From: Phyllosticta citribraziliensis
Taxonomy: Eukaryota
Assembly (NCBI RefSeq): GCF_038025025.1
Contig: NW_027117345.1
Span: 496,001-560,000 of the forward strand
Direction: 5' to 3'
Length of the DNA stretch: 64,000 nt
Shown here: piece after piece, positions 10,495 to 22,672 of the stretch
Layout of the letters: every line of letters begins with the position of its first letter
Position numbering within the stretch: position 1 is the first letter of the stretch
Notes under the pieces: model-generated
What the model saw: only the letters and a program-made list of their open reading frames with translations
Told to the model about the DNA's origin: nothing
Database searches by the model: none
Made by a program: the position numbers and the translations under genes

Positions 10495-12252
10495 ATGACT
10501 GACACGCCGCTCCCGACCAAGGTCGAGAATGAGCTTGCGAAGCTCGATTCTTCGGTCCCTTTTCGCGCTTCTAGATCCCACCACCACCATACCTGGGCTC
10601 GCACTTTCCACTCTTATCCGGAGCTGTACATTCGCCCTCACTCTCTCGCCGAAATTCAAAAGGCCGTTGTCCTCGCCCGGAGATGTCGTCGCCGCATCGT
10701 GCTCGTTGGCTGCGGCCACTCGCCGAGCGACATGACCTGCACGTCTTCATGGATGATGAATCTGGACCACTACAACGAGGTGTTGAAGGTCGACAGGACA
10801 AAGGGGACTATGCTCGTGCAAGGCGGCATCAGGCTGTACCAGATGAATGAGCGGGCAAAAGAGAATGGGCTTACCATGCCAAATCTGGGGAGCATCAACC
10901 AGCAGTCGATAGTGGGTGCCATGGCCACAGCAACACACGGCAGCAGCTTGAAGCATGGTCTTCTTTCGGGGTCGGTACGCAGCCTGCGTCTGGTACTTGC
11001 CAATGGCTCTATCGTCCTGTGCTCCGCAGAGCAAAATGTGGACCTCTTTCGCGCGGCCCTGGTTTCCCTAGGTGCCTTGGGCATCATCGTCGAGGTCGAA
11101 TATCAATTCGTCCCGCACACCAACATCGAATGGGAGCAAAGGTTACAACCTCTATCCTACGTCTTGAACAACTGGGAAAAGGATCTCTGGACCTCCAAGG
11201 AGTTTACACGCGTATGGTGGCTTCCATACATGAAGCGAGCTGTTATATGGCGGGCGGAGCAGACAAACAAGCCCGAGAGACCACCAGTGGACAGTTGGTA
11301 TGGTGGCTCCTTCGGGTACCACACCTATCATGTCCTGTTGTGGTTTGCACACTATGTCCCTCGCATCTTACCGGCGATTGAATGGTTCGTCTTTGGCATG
11401 CAGTACGGGTTTAGCGACAACATCCCCACGTCGGCCGTCGAGCCACAGGACACTGGCCTCCTCATGAACTGTCTTTACAGCCAATTCGTCAATGAGTGGG
11501 CTCTTCCCCTTCACAAGGGCCCCGAGGCCATTACTCGTCTGTCCGCTTGGCTCCACGGCGATGAAAAGGCATCCGGGATTCCCTTTTCCTCTCGCGGTGT
11601 GTGGGTACACGCTCCGATTGAGGTCCGCGTCTCTAACACTTCCATCAACACCCAACCGCGCCCGTTCCTCGACCCCACAAGCTCTGACAGCCCGACTCTG
11701 TACCTGAATGCCACCCTCTACCGTCCGTACAATCTTGACCCGCCTGGTCGTGAGCAGTACTACAAGGCATTCGAGTGGCTAATGAAGGAGCTCGGCGGCC
11801 GTCCTCACTGGGCCAAGAACTTTGCCACCGTCACCCACGAGGACCTGTTCAGCATGTACGGCGCCGACCTAGCAAGCTGGCTCGCGATCCGCAACGACGT
11901 CGACCCAGACGGCATGTTTGTCGGCGACTGGCACCGCCGTGCTTTGCTGCCTCCTGCCACTCAACTGCCGCCTCTGCCGTTGGAGGAGCGCGAGACGACC
12001 CGCAAGCAGCACCGTAAGGGTGGTGTTGACTGGTTTGGTGAACAGGCTGTGCGCACTGGCCCCGGGAGCTCGTCGAGCGACGAGAGCTTCGACATTCTGC
12101 ACAGTGCCGAGGCAGAGGCCAGCCAGTTGCTGCATCACTTGAAGGACGATGCCGAGGAGAAGTCGTTCGAAGATGAGTCTTTGATCAAGGAGTACCATAG
12201 TCAAAGTCCGCAAGCTGGTCTCACAGGTGTGCAGCCGTTTGACAAGATGTAG
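10495..12252 (+). CDS. ALO1: D-arabinono-1,4-lactone oxidase (FAD-linked sugar lactone oxidase)
   Basis: TWARTF, covalent-FAD motif VGCGHSPSD, ATATHGSS, VHAPIEVR, GGRPHWAKNF; single exon, 585 aa. Confidence 0.92.
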   Translation: MTDTPLPTKVENELAKLDSSVPFRASRSHHHHTWARTFHSYPELYIRPHSLAEIQKAVVLARRCRRRIVLVGCGHSPSDMTCTSSWMMNLDHYNEVLKVDRTKGTMLVQGGIRLYQMNERAKENGLTMPNLGSINQQSIVGAMATATHGSSLKHGLLSGSVRSLRLVLANGSIVLCSAEQNVDLFRAALVSLGALGIIVEVEYQFVPHTNIEWEQRLQPLSYVLNNWEKDLWTSKEFTRVWWLPYMKRAVIWRAEQTNKPERPPVDSWYGGSFGYHTYHVLLWFAHYVPRILPAIEWFVFGMQYGFSDNIPTSAVEPQDTGLLMNCLYSQFVNEWALPLHKGPEAITRLSAWLHGDEKASGIPFSSRGVWVHAPIEVRVSNTSINTQPRPFLDPTSSDSPTLYLNATLYRPYNLDPPGREQYYKAFEWLMKELGGRPHWAKNFATVTHEDLFSMYGADLASWLAIRNDVDPDGMFVGDWHRRALLPPATQLPPLPLEERETTRKQHRKGGVDWFGEQAVRTGPGSSSSDESFDILHSAEAEASQLLHHLKDDAEEKSFEDESLIKEYHSQSPQAGLTGVQPFDKM

Positions 12253-12528
12253 ATGGCTTTGGCCATGAATCGAGCAATCGTACGACCTTTATGAGTAATG
12301 TACTCGTAGTTTTCAAAGAAATTCAAACAAGGCTGTGATCTGAGTGCTCCTGCTTGATGCCTGGAACTTTTTGGATCATCATGACATCTACTCTCGCTCT
12401 GCAAATGGTTCTCCAGAGCCAAATGACCAAACTCAAGTCTAGTCTCAGTCTTCTGTACATGCTATCCCGATCCTCATATTAACCATAACTCCAATGCGCC
12501 TGAATGCTCCCTGTTCGCAGTACGTCTC

Positions 12529-13136
12529 CTAATCCGATCCCGCATTCGCAAACTCAGAAACGTAGTACTTCGACCCATTAGTTATCCATTGCCGCCACGA
12601 CATACGGGTAGTCAGGGACGGACCCGCATAAACTGACGACTCACTTCTTTGACGTCCTCAGCCAGCTTCTCCTTCTTGACGGTCGGGATCTTCCAGTTGT
12701 TGACGTTCCACCACCAGCGGCGGAGCCGGGCGCCGACCGACTGGCCGCTCAGCTTGCTGTTGCGGTTCCAGAAGCGCCAGCCGTCGAGGATCAAGCACCA
12801 GACGGTGCCCTGCAGCAGCGGAAAGACGACTTGGTCTCGGAGCGTCACGTAGGCGACGCCCCACTTGGTCTCGCACTTGTCGATGCTCTTGAGGTAGCTT
12901 TGCTCGAAGCGGAGGTCGGGCAGCGGAGGCAGGTGCTGCTTGCGCGGCGCGGGGTGTAGGACAGAGAGGGGGATCTCGTCTTCATCAATGTCCGAGGACG
13001 CGGGAGAGTGTATGTGGACGGGCTCCCGTGTGCTGGCGGTGGTGGAGGGGTTCAGGTCATGGCGAGGGTCTGGGTTGCGCTGGATGCTTGCAGCTTGGAT
13101 CGTCGAGGCGACTTCGAAGGGACCTGGGGCTGACAT
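12529..13136 (-). CDS. DUF1770 family fungal protein; intron 12568-12644
   Basis: PPLPDLRFEQSYL...RDQV.FPLLQG..W motif; GTGAGT donor, CTAAT branch, AAG acceptor; last exon YYVSEFANAGSD*. Confidence 0.8.
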
Positions 13137-13401
13137 GGTCGCTAGGCGTTTGAGGCTCCGCGATGGGCAATTGCTGGGTGATGGGACCTTTGAACGGCGA
13201 GATGGATGATGGCATGGCGATGATGCCTGTGATTCGAACTGATAAGATTAGATGCGAGGTGGTATTTGATTGGCCAACCCCAGAACAGGACCCCGGCGAC
13301 CCTCGCTCCTGAGAGCTGGCTGGCGTGGGGCTCTCTATACATTTCCCTCCCACTCCCCCTCGCACCCTCAACCACGTCTCAGCTCCACATCTTTCGCCAA
13401 C

Positions 13402-14213
13402 ATGGGTAACACCAACTCTCAGATGCTGGATAGCATCGCCTCCAGCTCGAATTGTATGCTCACCGCCCCTACGGCTCCAAGGTGGCCGAACAACCCGGCT
13501 GACTAGCTCCACAGTCGACCGCGATGAAGTCGACCGTCTCCGCAAGCGCTTCATGAAGCTCGACAAGGTACCAAGCCCCTGACTGTTTTGAAGAGCTTGG
13601 TCTCTTCATGATCGCATACCTTACCGCGCAACTGCTAAACCTTGGCCCAGGACAACTCGGGCACCATCGAGCGCGACGAGTTCCTTTCTCTCCCCCAAGT
13701 CTCCTCGAACCCCCTCGCGACCCGCATGATTGCCATTTTCGACGAGGACGGTGGTGGCGACGTCGACTTCCAGGAGTTTGTGTCGGGCCTGAGCGCCTTT
13801 AGCAGCAAGGGCAACAAGGAGGAGAAGCTGCGCTTTGCCTTCAAGGTCTACGACATCGACCGGGACGGCTACATCAGCAACGGCGAGCTTTTCATTGTGC
13901 TCAAGATGATGGTTGGCAGCAATCTCAAGGACCAGCAACTGCAGCAGGTATGCTTCCTACAAGCTTGCAACGGACAGATCACGCGAGCACAAGTGGCGGA
14001 ACGACGAGGGCCTAACTGGACATGTCTGGGACAGATTGTGGACAAGACCATCATGGAGGCGGATCTCGACCGCGACGGTAAGATCAGCTTCGACGAGTTT
14101 ACCAAGATGGTCGAAAGCACTGATGTGTCCATGAGCATGACGCTTGGTACGCTCCCCGGCATACCCCGGCCTGTCGATCGCGACGCTGACTGCCTTGCCC
14201 AGACTCCTTTTGA
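13402..14213 (+). CDS. CNB1: Calcineurin regulatory subunit B (5 exons: 13402-13453, 13514-13567, 13651-13947, 14035-14146, 14203-14213)
   Basis: Myristoylation start [31 protein letters not shown]; four EF-hands (DKDNSG, DEDGGG, DIDRDG, DLDRDG); ends MTLDSF*. Confidence 0.96.
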
Positions 14214-14660
14214 GGAATCCATGTTTTTCTTTTTGCACAAAATTTGCATGCTTGGGTCGGTGCAGCATGGCGTTCGGCAGGGTACTGGGCTATTGATAGG
14301 TGAGGGCTGCAGATGGCGTGTCATGACATTATGGCCATGGTCAACAAGTTTTTGGACATGTGGAATCGAAATCCCCTTCCGCGAAGGGATATCCAACGAG
14401 ACATTACCATCGTGTGAACTGGACTCTCATTGCGAGCTGCTGAGGTTCGTTCGGGCGTTTATGATTTGACGCAAACTTGGCCCCAAGGCCTACGCCGTCT
14501 GACCGTACTTACCCAAACCCGGAGCATAGCCGCCACTTTTCCCGCCACGGTGGGTTTCGAAACAGATCATACTATCTGGGCCAGCTGTCTACTTGGTCTA
14601 GAGAGGGCGACATGGTAAGCATCGAGAGAAATGCTACCTCGGGGCACCGCGGCTACATTT

Positions 14661-14693
14661 AGGGAGCAGTCATTCATCACCCCAGCTGTGCCC
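14661..14693 (+). repeat. Dispersed 33-nt-period repeat, copy C
   Basis: AGGGAGCAGTCATTCATCACCCCAGCTGTGCCC, 28/33 identical to 7436-7468. Confidence 0.8.
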
Positions 14694-14898
14694 GACAAAC
14701 TGTCGTCCAGCACTGCGTCGACCCACTTCAACCGAGCGTGGGGCATAGAGAAGCGCCACGATCTGTCATTTGTCAATCATGCGGCGTCTGACACCACCTC
14801 CACTCGAATCCATGTCACTGCCGGACTTATCTTTCCAGAGTACCTGCCGAAGCTGATGCTAACCCAAACACCATGACCCTCTACTTCGCGTCGATACG

Positions 14899-16272
14899 AT
14901 GGCAGACTTGTCCTTCTTTTCGAGATTCGGTTTCACGGGAGAGGATAGAGCAGACTGCCACGAACTTTTGAGACGATTGTTTCCGGAGCATGAGCTGACG
15001 ACGCACAAATACCAGGGGTACTGCAGCTACACGGTTTTGCTATTGTATCGACCAAGATACAGACCAGCGCGTCCGCGGAGTGCGCTGGGAGAAGAGTTGG
15101 AGATTCGGCAGTCTGGTCAGAATCGAGAAGTGCCAGTCGAACAAGGAGCCCTTGATGACGAGCACGACGATGGCTTTTGGAACCAGTCCCTCGTCGTCCA
15201 GTTCCGGCCGCCGCCGTTCGCCCTCGACATCCAAACAGCCAGCCTCGCCCGAACCATCTACGGCGCCTTCGCGCCGCGAGTGCGCTCCCTTGGCCGCTTT
15301 GCCGCGCAAACCCACCACACCATCCACCGAGATGCTGCTCACTCTCGTCACCAGATCGGCGGCGATGCCGGGGACACATCCACCCTAACCATGACCGCCC
15401 AAACCCTCATCCCCGGCCTCCCCTACAGCGCCATCCAACCGCACACCCCGCACCTCTCGCCCGCCCAGCGCGCGCGCCAGGAGGCGCTGGTCGCAGACTT
15501 TGCAGCGTTTCTCGCGCGCGGCTGGCGGCGCGACAGTGACGGCGAGCTCCCCCTCCAATCCGGCCCCCTCAACGCCGCAACGCCGCACAAACTGCGCCAA
15601 CTATCCGCACACCTGCCATCGCGCCGGCTGCGCTCCGCCGCACGTCGCACGCTCGCCGCGCTGCCGCTCCTCCGCCTCTTGCCGCTGGCGCTGAACCACG
15701 GCGACGTCGTGCCGGGGAACGTCATGGCGGCGACAGACGGATGTGGGATGGCGGGCCTCGTCGATTGGGCTGAGGCGGAGGTCGGGGCGTGGGGCGTGCC
15801 GCTTTATGGGTTGGAGTTTTTGCTTGGGTTTGTTGGGAGGGGGGAGGGGGGTGACGTCGTAGGGGGAGGGCAAGGGGTGTATGGCGCGGAGGCGTGGGGC
15901 GCGCAGACCATTTACAACGACGACACAGCGGCGGCGTGGCGCTGGACGTACTACTCGTGCGCCGGCGAGCTGCGGCGGCTTTTCTGGCGCGAGATTAAGC
16001 GGCGGATTGTGGAGTTGGCCGTCGCTGAAGACGAGCGCGGCGAGTCAGTCCAGGGACAGAACCTGGAGGAGGAGGCAAAGGGAAAGCCATCTCTGATGCA
16101 GGCGATCCGCGTCGCGCGAGACGTGGGCGTGTTGCTGTGGTTTGGTTTTGCGTGGGAGGAGGGCAGGATCGATCGCGTCGTTGATGGCGTGCGTGATCCG
16201 CGGGAGGTTTTGCTGTTGGAGACTTTTTTGGGTGTGGGAGGTAGGGGGGAGGTGGGGAGGGGGAAGTTGTGA
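14899..16272 (+). CDS. Aminoglycoside-phosphotransferase-like (APH / protein-kinase-like) protein
   Basis: QGYCSYTV, VVQFR, Brenner motif LNHGDVVPGNVM and GLVDWAEAE. Confidence 0.85.
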   Translation: MADLSFFSRFGFTGEDRADCHELLRRLFPEHELTTHKYQGYCSYTVLLLYRPRYRPARPRSALGEELEIRQSGQNREVPVEQGALDDEHDDGFWNQSLVVQFRPPPFALDIQTASLARTIYGAFAPRVRSLGRFAAQTHHTIHRDAAHSRHQIGGDAGDTSTLTMTAQTLIPGLPYSAIQPHTPHLSPAQRARQEALVADFAAFLARGWRRDSDGELPLQSGPLNAATPHKLRQLSAHLPSRRLRSAARRTLAALPLLRLLPLALNHGDVVPGNVMAATDGCGMAGLVDWAEAEVGAWGVPLYGLEFLLGFVGRGEGGDVVGGGQGVYGAEAWGAQTIYNDDTAAAWRWTYYSCAGELRRLFWREIKRRIVELAVAEDERGESVQGQNLEEEAKGKPSLMQAIRVARDVGVLLWFGFAWEEGRIDRVVDGVRDPREVLLLETFLGVGGRGEVGRGKL

Positions 16273-17220
16273 ATGGAGTAGGATGGTGCCTGACTGACTT
16301 CCTGTTTGACGTTGTGTCACAATATACATACCAAATCCATCGTGTATAAAATATGCGTGTATCATTGGATTACAACTCTACCCTAACCCTACCATAGCAT
16401 GCACTATCTTACCCCACAACATAACAGCCTCCTGTTTTACAGTCTTTAAACCCTTCGAACCTTTCCCTCTGTGTAATACAGCTGCTCCCCCTGCGTGACC
16501 ACTCAGCCTTTTCGTAGCCATCCCGTCTTCCGTGTTCCTGGTGAAGATTACGTCCTCTTCTCTTCCTTCTCGTTTCGATCGGATGACTGGCTGGCTGGCT
16601 GGCTGGCTAGCTAGCTGTTTTGACCACGCGCTCTGTTGATTGGTTGGGTGCGTGGGATCAGGCGAGGAGGCGACTGGCAGGCTGGGAGGTTGGCTGGCAG
16701 GCGGTGCGGATGGACGGCGGAGCAGGAGATGAAAAGAAAGTTGGACGCGTACGCGGACGCTTTGTAGATGGATGGATGGATGGATTGCTTGAGCGGACGG
16801 CCGCACCACACACACACCATAAGGTAATAGCAGTGCGACCACTTCCCTTCCCGTTGCCCTTCTCCAGCTTTCCACGCCTACTCCTTGATCTCTTCGCGCA
16901 GCCCCCCAATTGTCCTTTAACGCATCCATCCTTCATCGAGTACACGTCGCACCGCACCGGTGCGTAGTCCGACCACCACCGCCTCTATCCAGCCCGCGCA
17001 ACAATCGCCCCGAAAGCGTGCGCCTCTCCTCCCATCTCGCCTCGAACGTGATTTTGACAGCCGTTAAATCACCGACCCCAATCGACGAAAAAAAGAAGAA
17101 GGGAAGAAGATGAAAGGCGGATATATGTTTTACAAGGGAACACCAAGAAGGGAGGAGGAGAAGGAGAGGAAGAAGATGAAAAAAGGGACGCCGCCAACGC
17201 ATTTGCAACGAAGCCGAACC

Positions 17221-17295
17221 AAATCAAATCAAATCAAATCAAGCTGAAAAGGCGGAACGAAGAAAAAAACCCACCAAAAAAAAAAAAAAAAAAAA
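17221..17295. repeat. (AAATC)4 and A20 simple repeats in a microsatellite-rich intergenic region
   Basis: AAATC x4 at 17221-17240; A-run 17276-17295; also (GGCT)n at about 16588-16608. Confidence 0.85.
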
Positions 17296-17788
17296 CCGAG
17301 CTACTGTAGTAAGGCAGTCTAGTATCAAGGCAAAGCCAAGGTTTCAATCAAGTGGGAAGAAGAAGGAAGAGCAAGAGCGGTCAATCGAATGAATGGGAAA
17401 GTAGGCACGCAAGGAGTCGGTATGTATGCTCAGAACACAGCAACGCAGAGCAACGCAAAGCAAGGCAACGCATCAAGCACGCACGCACGCACGCAAATAG
17501 ACAGACGGAAAACAGGTAAAAAAGCTCTTTTTTGATTCAATTGCGTCCGCGCTACGACGGGGGTATACGGGGACGGAAGGACGAAGAAGAAGTGGTGGTG
17601 CAAGAAAAGCGCGGAGACTGGAGCTCCTAGGTATCAAAGGGGGGTGTGTGTGTGCTAGCTCGACGACGTCGTCGGTTCCTGCTAGAGGGAGGGGAAAGAG
17701 AAGAGAGAGAAAAGGGAGGCGGAGGTGTGAACGAAGCAAACTACTTCGACTCAACTTCCACCCATGGCGTGACGTGACTGAAAGACGG

Positions 17789-20700
17789 TTATATCATGCC
17801 GCCAGGACCCCACGTGCCATTCTGCCGCAGCCGCCTCAACGTCTCGTCCTCACTGATATCCTCCCTTACGACGCGCTGCCCATGGTGCGGCGGAAAGTGC
17901 GCCTGGGTCGGCGTCAGCGTGACGCCAGTTTCCGCCTCGGGCTCGGTCACGACGCGACGCAGCGCGGGCATGTCGTCGCCCTCGTGCGGCGCCCACTCGT
18001 CGCTGGACGACGACGCCGGGTGCGTCGTGCGCCGGTTGGGGGCATGGTGTTGCTGGTGGTGCACGCGCAGCGGCTCCGAGAAGTTGCGGTACGTCGACGC
18101 CCGCGGCGTGCCTTCGCCGTCGCTGTAGCTGGACGACGCGTGCGCCGAGTTGAACAGCGCGTCGTCGGCGGTCGTTGCGGCGCCCGTGGCGGTTCCTGGG
18201 ACGCCGAGGCGGCCGTTGTCTGTCTCGGCGTCCGAGGCTTCGGCGTCAGAGTTGGGGAGGACGGTGTCGTCAGAGCGGGCGTCGGCAATGGCGGTGGTGG
18301 GCGAGGAGAGGCTTGTCTGAGATTTTTCCCGTGCTGCGGCGGCAATGACCAACGCTGGGTGAGGAACAGATGCATGATTGTCGTCGGTGGTGTCGGCGCG
18401 GGAAATAGTGCGCGAAAAAGTCTCGTCTTCGATGCTGGCTTCGTAGAGCGTGCTGAACGGTCGGTCGTTGCGACGGCGCGCAGCGACTGGCGGAGGCATC
18501 TCCAGGTCAAACTCGGACTCATCCGTGAGCGGAAAGTCTTCAGCGCTCGGAGGGGAATTGGCGAGCTGTGGAGGAGAAGGCTCCGGCGGCGACTGATGCT
18601 GAGGCTGAGACAGCCCGCTGGGCTTGTATGGGGCGTAGCCATTGTTCTGCTGCTGAGACGAGTCGGGGTGGTCTGACCGAGAACTGCTCACGATGCGTGC
18701 GTGGGTAATAGAATTCTGCTCAGACTGACGGGGTCTATGCTGGAGGGGAGGAGTTTCTGCGCGGTATGGATCATAGTCATCCAAGTGAGGCGGCATCGGC
18801 CGTTTAAGCGGTTGCTGGTGTTCTTGATAATTGTTTTGGAAGCGCTCCTGCTGGTGACCATTTTGCTGACCGTGAGCGCGCTGGTCGTGGGAGCCACCGT
18901 GGTATTGCTCGTGTGGTGTGTTGTTCCTGCTTTGGTGTTGCATCTCATATGCCGGGCCCTGTGGTCCAGGCGATCGGCGGTTGTGCTCGTATGACGCAAA
19001 CTCCGACTCTCCATGACCGGGCGGTCCAGGCGTGTAGCGACCCATGGGGGTGTTGTTACGCATAGGACTTGGTGACGGGCGGCCCATTGGCGTTGGACCG
19101 CGTCCGTGCTCCATGTGGTTGTAGTAGTCCTGCGGCGCCATGTGTGGCTGACCCATTGGTGGCTGGCCCATGGGAGTAAACGAACGCTGTTGGCCAGCGC
19201 TAAAAGCAGTATCACTTCTGGGTGGCGGACCGTACATGCCAGGGCCAGGGGTGCCGCGATTCTGGGGAGGAGGGCCTTGCGGATGTCCCATTGGCGTGAA
19301 TGAGCGATCTTGGCCGACGCTGAAGCCCGTGTCGTTTCGCCTGGGAGGACCATAGCCATCCGGACGACCCATCGACGGTGGACCTCCTCTGCCAGGATTT
19401 GGCACTGCACGACCAGCCGGCGTAAAGGCGCGCTGTTGAGATCCATTGGTGAGCGAACGTTCGTATTGAGGGTTGATGGGCGGCACAGGCGGAGCGGGAG
19501 ACTGGTAACGAGGGGGGCCCCGGTTGCCTCCCATATCGCTGGCATTGCCAAGGAGCGGAGCATTGGATCCGTAGCTCGTGTTGGACCATTGCGAGTCCTG
19601 TGTGTCGGTCCGTTGGATTCCTTGAGGTGGGAGCTGGGGCAATGTAGGCTTTCTCGACACTTGGCTGCGGTTGGCAGAGCCCACTGTGGTCGACGAGTTT
19701 GACCGGGTAGGCTGGCGAGAGCTGTAAAGAGGAAGCGTGGATACGGAGGACTGGTCCGAGCGCTGATACTTGAAATCGCTGTCGAGGCTTTCTGGCGAGC
19801 CGTTGAGATTGGGCAGGGTCGGATTTCTCGGAATATTTGGTCGACCGTCCGCAGCCGAGCCCGCCGCAGCCTTCCGTGCGGCTTTTTCTTCCTCCATGCG
19901 GATTTCCTTGTCGGCCTTTTCCAGCGCTGCCCTAGTCGTATTGCTCACGACGCGATCCAGCCGTTTGTCAACCTTGCGTCGGCAGTACCTGGACAAGCTG
20001 CCATCGGCACTCGGAATGTAATGCCAGAGGAAGAGCAGGTAAAAGACGGCTGCCAAGATGAGTGCGAGTGCCGAAAAAACCCAAATCACGAGCGTGAACA
20101 GCATGGTCGACAGAATGACGGCCTGCTCGTTGTTCTGGTCGGCCAGAGTTTCGAGATTCTTGAAGAATTGGTCGACGCCTGAAGTGTCGCCCCTGGCAGC
20201 GTGATCGCCGACGGGAAGCAGATCCGCCTTCATGGCGGCCCAGAGCGTCAGAGCATTGACGACTTGGCGAGGACCCTCGGCCAAGAGAATGCGTATCGCG
20301 CCCTTGAATTGAAAATAGACGAACAGTGCAATGTAGTCGACGCCCTTTTTACTCTTGGTGAGCTCGGCAAAGACCAAGAAACGCCTCCAGCCGCGGCCGC
20401 CTTTGTATATTCTTGAACTCTGAAGTCTTGCGGCCAGAGGGTCCAAGTAGCTGTCGGCGACTCCACCGCGACGGATGACGCGAATGGCTCGGATCCACTC
20501 GAAACCGCAGAGCACCCACGAGAATATGATGCAACCGGCGAAAATCCATTTGGAGATGGACAGCTTGATGGTGGGATTGACCTGACTGGACCACTTGTTG
20601 AAGGCGAGCAAGTTGACGGCAGTGAAAGTGTCGGCGGCGTAGACGGCAATGTTGATGACGCTAAGTATCCAGAGCCAGAGGTACGAGAGCTTCGTCTTCC

Positions 20701-20984
20701 ATGACGAAGAATCAAAGTCGGTCAGGGTCTAGCGATCGTCAGTTTCATTCCAGCCTTACGACCCAGCGCGCCTAGAGAGCATTCATCCACTGCCGCGGCT
20801 GCACCCGAGGAATCATCCTCTAGTGCGGCTGAAGCCAGAACCATCATAGGGACAGTCCTTCGCCGTCGTGGATTGGCCCAAGGGGCGCATGTTGTAACGC
20901 GATGCAGTCACTTACGATATAGTCCCACTTGGAATCCTCGCTAATGGCCTTCTCCCTGTCCTTGCTGCGTCCAAGACAAGGCAT
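17789..20984 (-). CDS. KCH1: Kch1/Prm6-family fungal low-affinity K+ transporter with long disordered C-terminal tail; intron 20729-20915
   Basis: KWDYI|TLTDF, VYAADTFTAVNLLAFNKWSS, ISKWIFAGCI, FLVFAELTKSKKGVDYIALF, AEGPRQVVNALTL, YCRRKVDKRL. Confidence 0.85.
20774..20880 (+). repeat. Dispersed 33-nt-period repeat, copy E, inside KCH1 intron 1
   Basis: 20774-20806 AGAGAGCATTCATCCACTGCCGCGGCTGCACCC is 26/33 identical to 7403-7435; more degenerate units follow (AGGGACAGTCCTTCG...). Confidence 0.7.
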
Positions 20985-22672
20985 GATGGATGTTTAGAAA
21001 CGAATGAAGAACAGTCCTGCTGAAGAGTGGGGGGGTATCGAGAGGACTGGAAGAGAGAAGTGAAAGTGAAAGTGAAGCAGATGCCAGATCTGGTCAAACT
21101 ACCACACCAAGGAGAACAGCGCAGCTGAACGTTGGACCGCCGACGGAGGGAAAAAGAGAGAGGAGCGACAGAATGGCGGTCGGAGTGGGGGGAAGAGAGG
21201 CGGCTTGAGTTGAAGTTTGTACCTGGGGTGGTACAAAGAGGGTCCGTGGAATGAAGCTTCGCGTTTCGCCGTCCGAGGGAAACACAAGGCGATAGTAGTG
21301 AGCGTGGGTGGGGGCGCGCCTATTTTGGGACGGCAGCGCGCATATTTGGGACAATGGAGCGAGGAAAGTTAAAGAACGGTGTGCAGGTATTCTGGTGGTG
21401 AACGATAGTCGGTCGGACGCCGTCGACGTCGACGGCAGCGGCGCGCAACGGCGAAAAGCCTAGCTCAGCGGACCGGGAGCGGTTGTAAGGTTGGACTCGG
21501 TGGAAAGACGAAGGGAAAAAGGATTATTGACGAGAGGGAGCGGACGAGCAGGCGAAGAACATGGCTCGATGGTTAGCGCCGGCGTCGGGCAAGAGAGAGA
21601 GAGAGAGAGAGAGAGTCGGTGGGCATGGAGTGGGGAGTGTCGACGGTGCGAGTGTTTCGCAGGCGTCAAACGTGAGTGAGGGACTGGGGGCGGGCGGGTA
21701 CCTGGCGCCGCTCTCTATCTGCGTCAGTGCGCTCCAGGGCTTCATCTGCACTCGCCCACCGAATGCTCCCTGTCGCCGTCAAATGTCACTGGCTGAATGC
21801 GCTCGAGAGCTGCCGAAGCCTCTAGTCGAGCCCGCCTGAACGATTGCTCTTGATCGGCTATACAAGCGCTGGACGTTCCCTAAGCAGTCCCCTGCTTGCT
21901 GTTGGAGGTGCCACGACTTTTGCTTCCTTTGACCCTGTCATTCGGGTGGCACGGGCGCCAAACCAAACCAAACCAAACCACTCGACGTCGATCCGTCAAT
22001 GCAGCCCAGTCCATCACATCAACCACCCGCTCTCCACTCTGATTTTTCGGACATGTGTCCCAATATTCGCTCTACTCGCTCACCATCGCTTCTCAACTCG
22101 CCCGTCGGCCGCCGTCGTCGCTCCGTCGGTCAACCTGCGACGCTCGTGTCGTCGCCGACGGGCTCCACCCTGCCTGAGCCGCCGTCGCCGCACGGGAGGG
22201 TCCCGGCCAAAAGCCACCATGGTTCGCCGATTAAATTTGCAAAGTGTGAAAGCTGCAAGCAAGCTCTCAACCTCGGAGTATCTGAGCTTAAAATGACAAT
22301 CGCCCTGCTCATGTCTTCGTGTTTGAATCAGCCGCCCGCCCATGTCGTCCGCCGGCACAAGCTCCATTGGGATGCGCGTCGTCTTTTCGATCTTCGGTCT
22401 AGCGACCCCATCCCCCCACCCGCCGTGCGCCACACCTGTGGCTCCGCAACTTTCTCACTCACTGACCTCATCGTGTCATCCTTCACCAACTGCTGTGTCA
22501 CTGCTTCGTTTCATAAAACTTGTCCATTCTGTTTTCGCTCTTAATAGCTTGTCTCTGTAGACTCATTCTTCTGCTAGTCGTAAACCTCTTGATATGGATT
22601 TTTTTACAAAGTCTCCCAACCCCATCATGATGCTGAAAAAGAAACCAAAAAAACGATTCTTCCTCTGCCCTC

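Noticed and set aside
18336..18361. PALVIA in the Kch1 tail as a calcineurin PxIxIT docking site
   Set aside because: Last position (Ala) does not fit the consensus; too weak without conservation data
17648..18676. 342-aa plus-strand ORF and similar long antisense ORFs (22966-23820, 39656-40582, 58581-59687)
   Set aside because: Shadows of GC-rich genes on the opposite strand; no independent motifs
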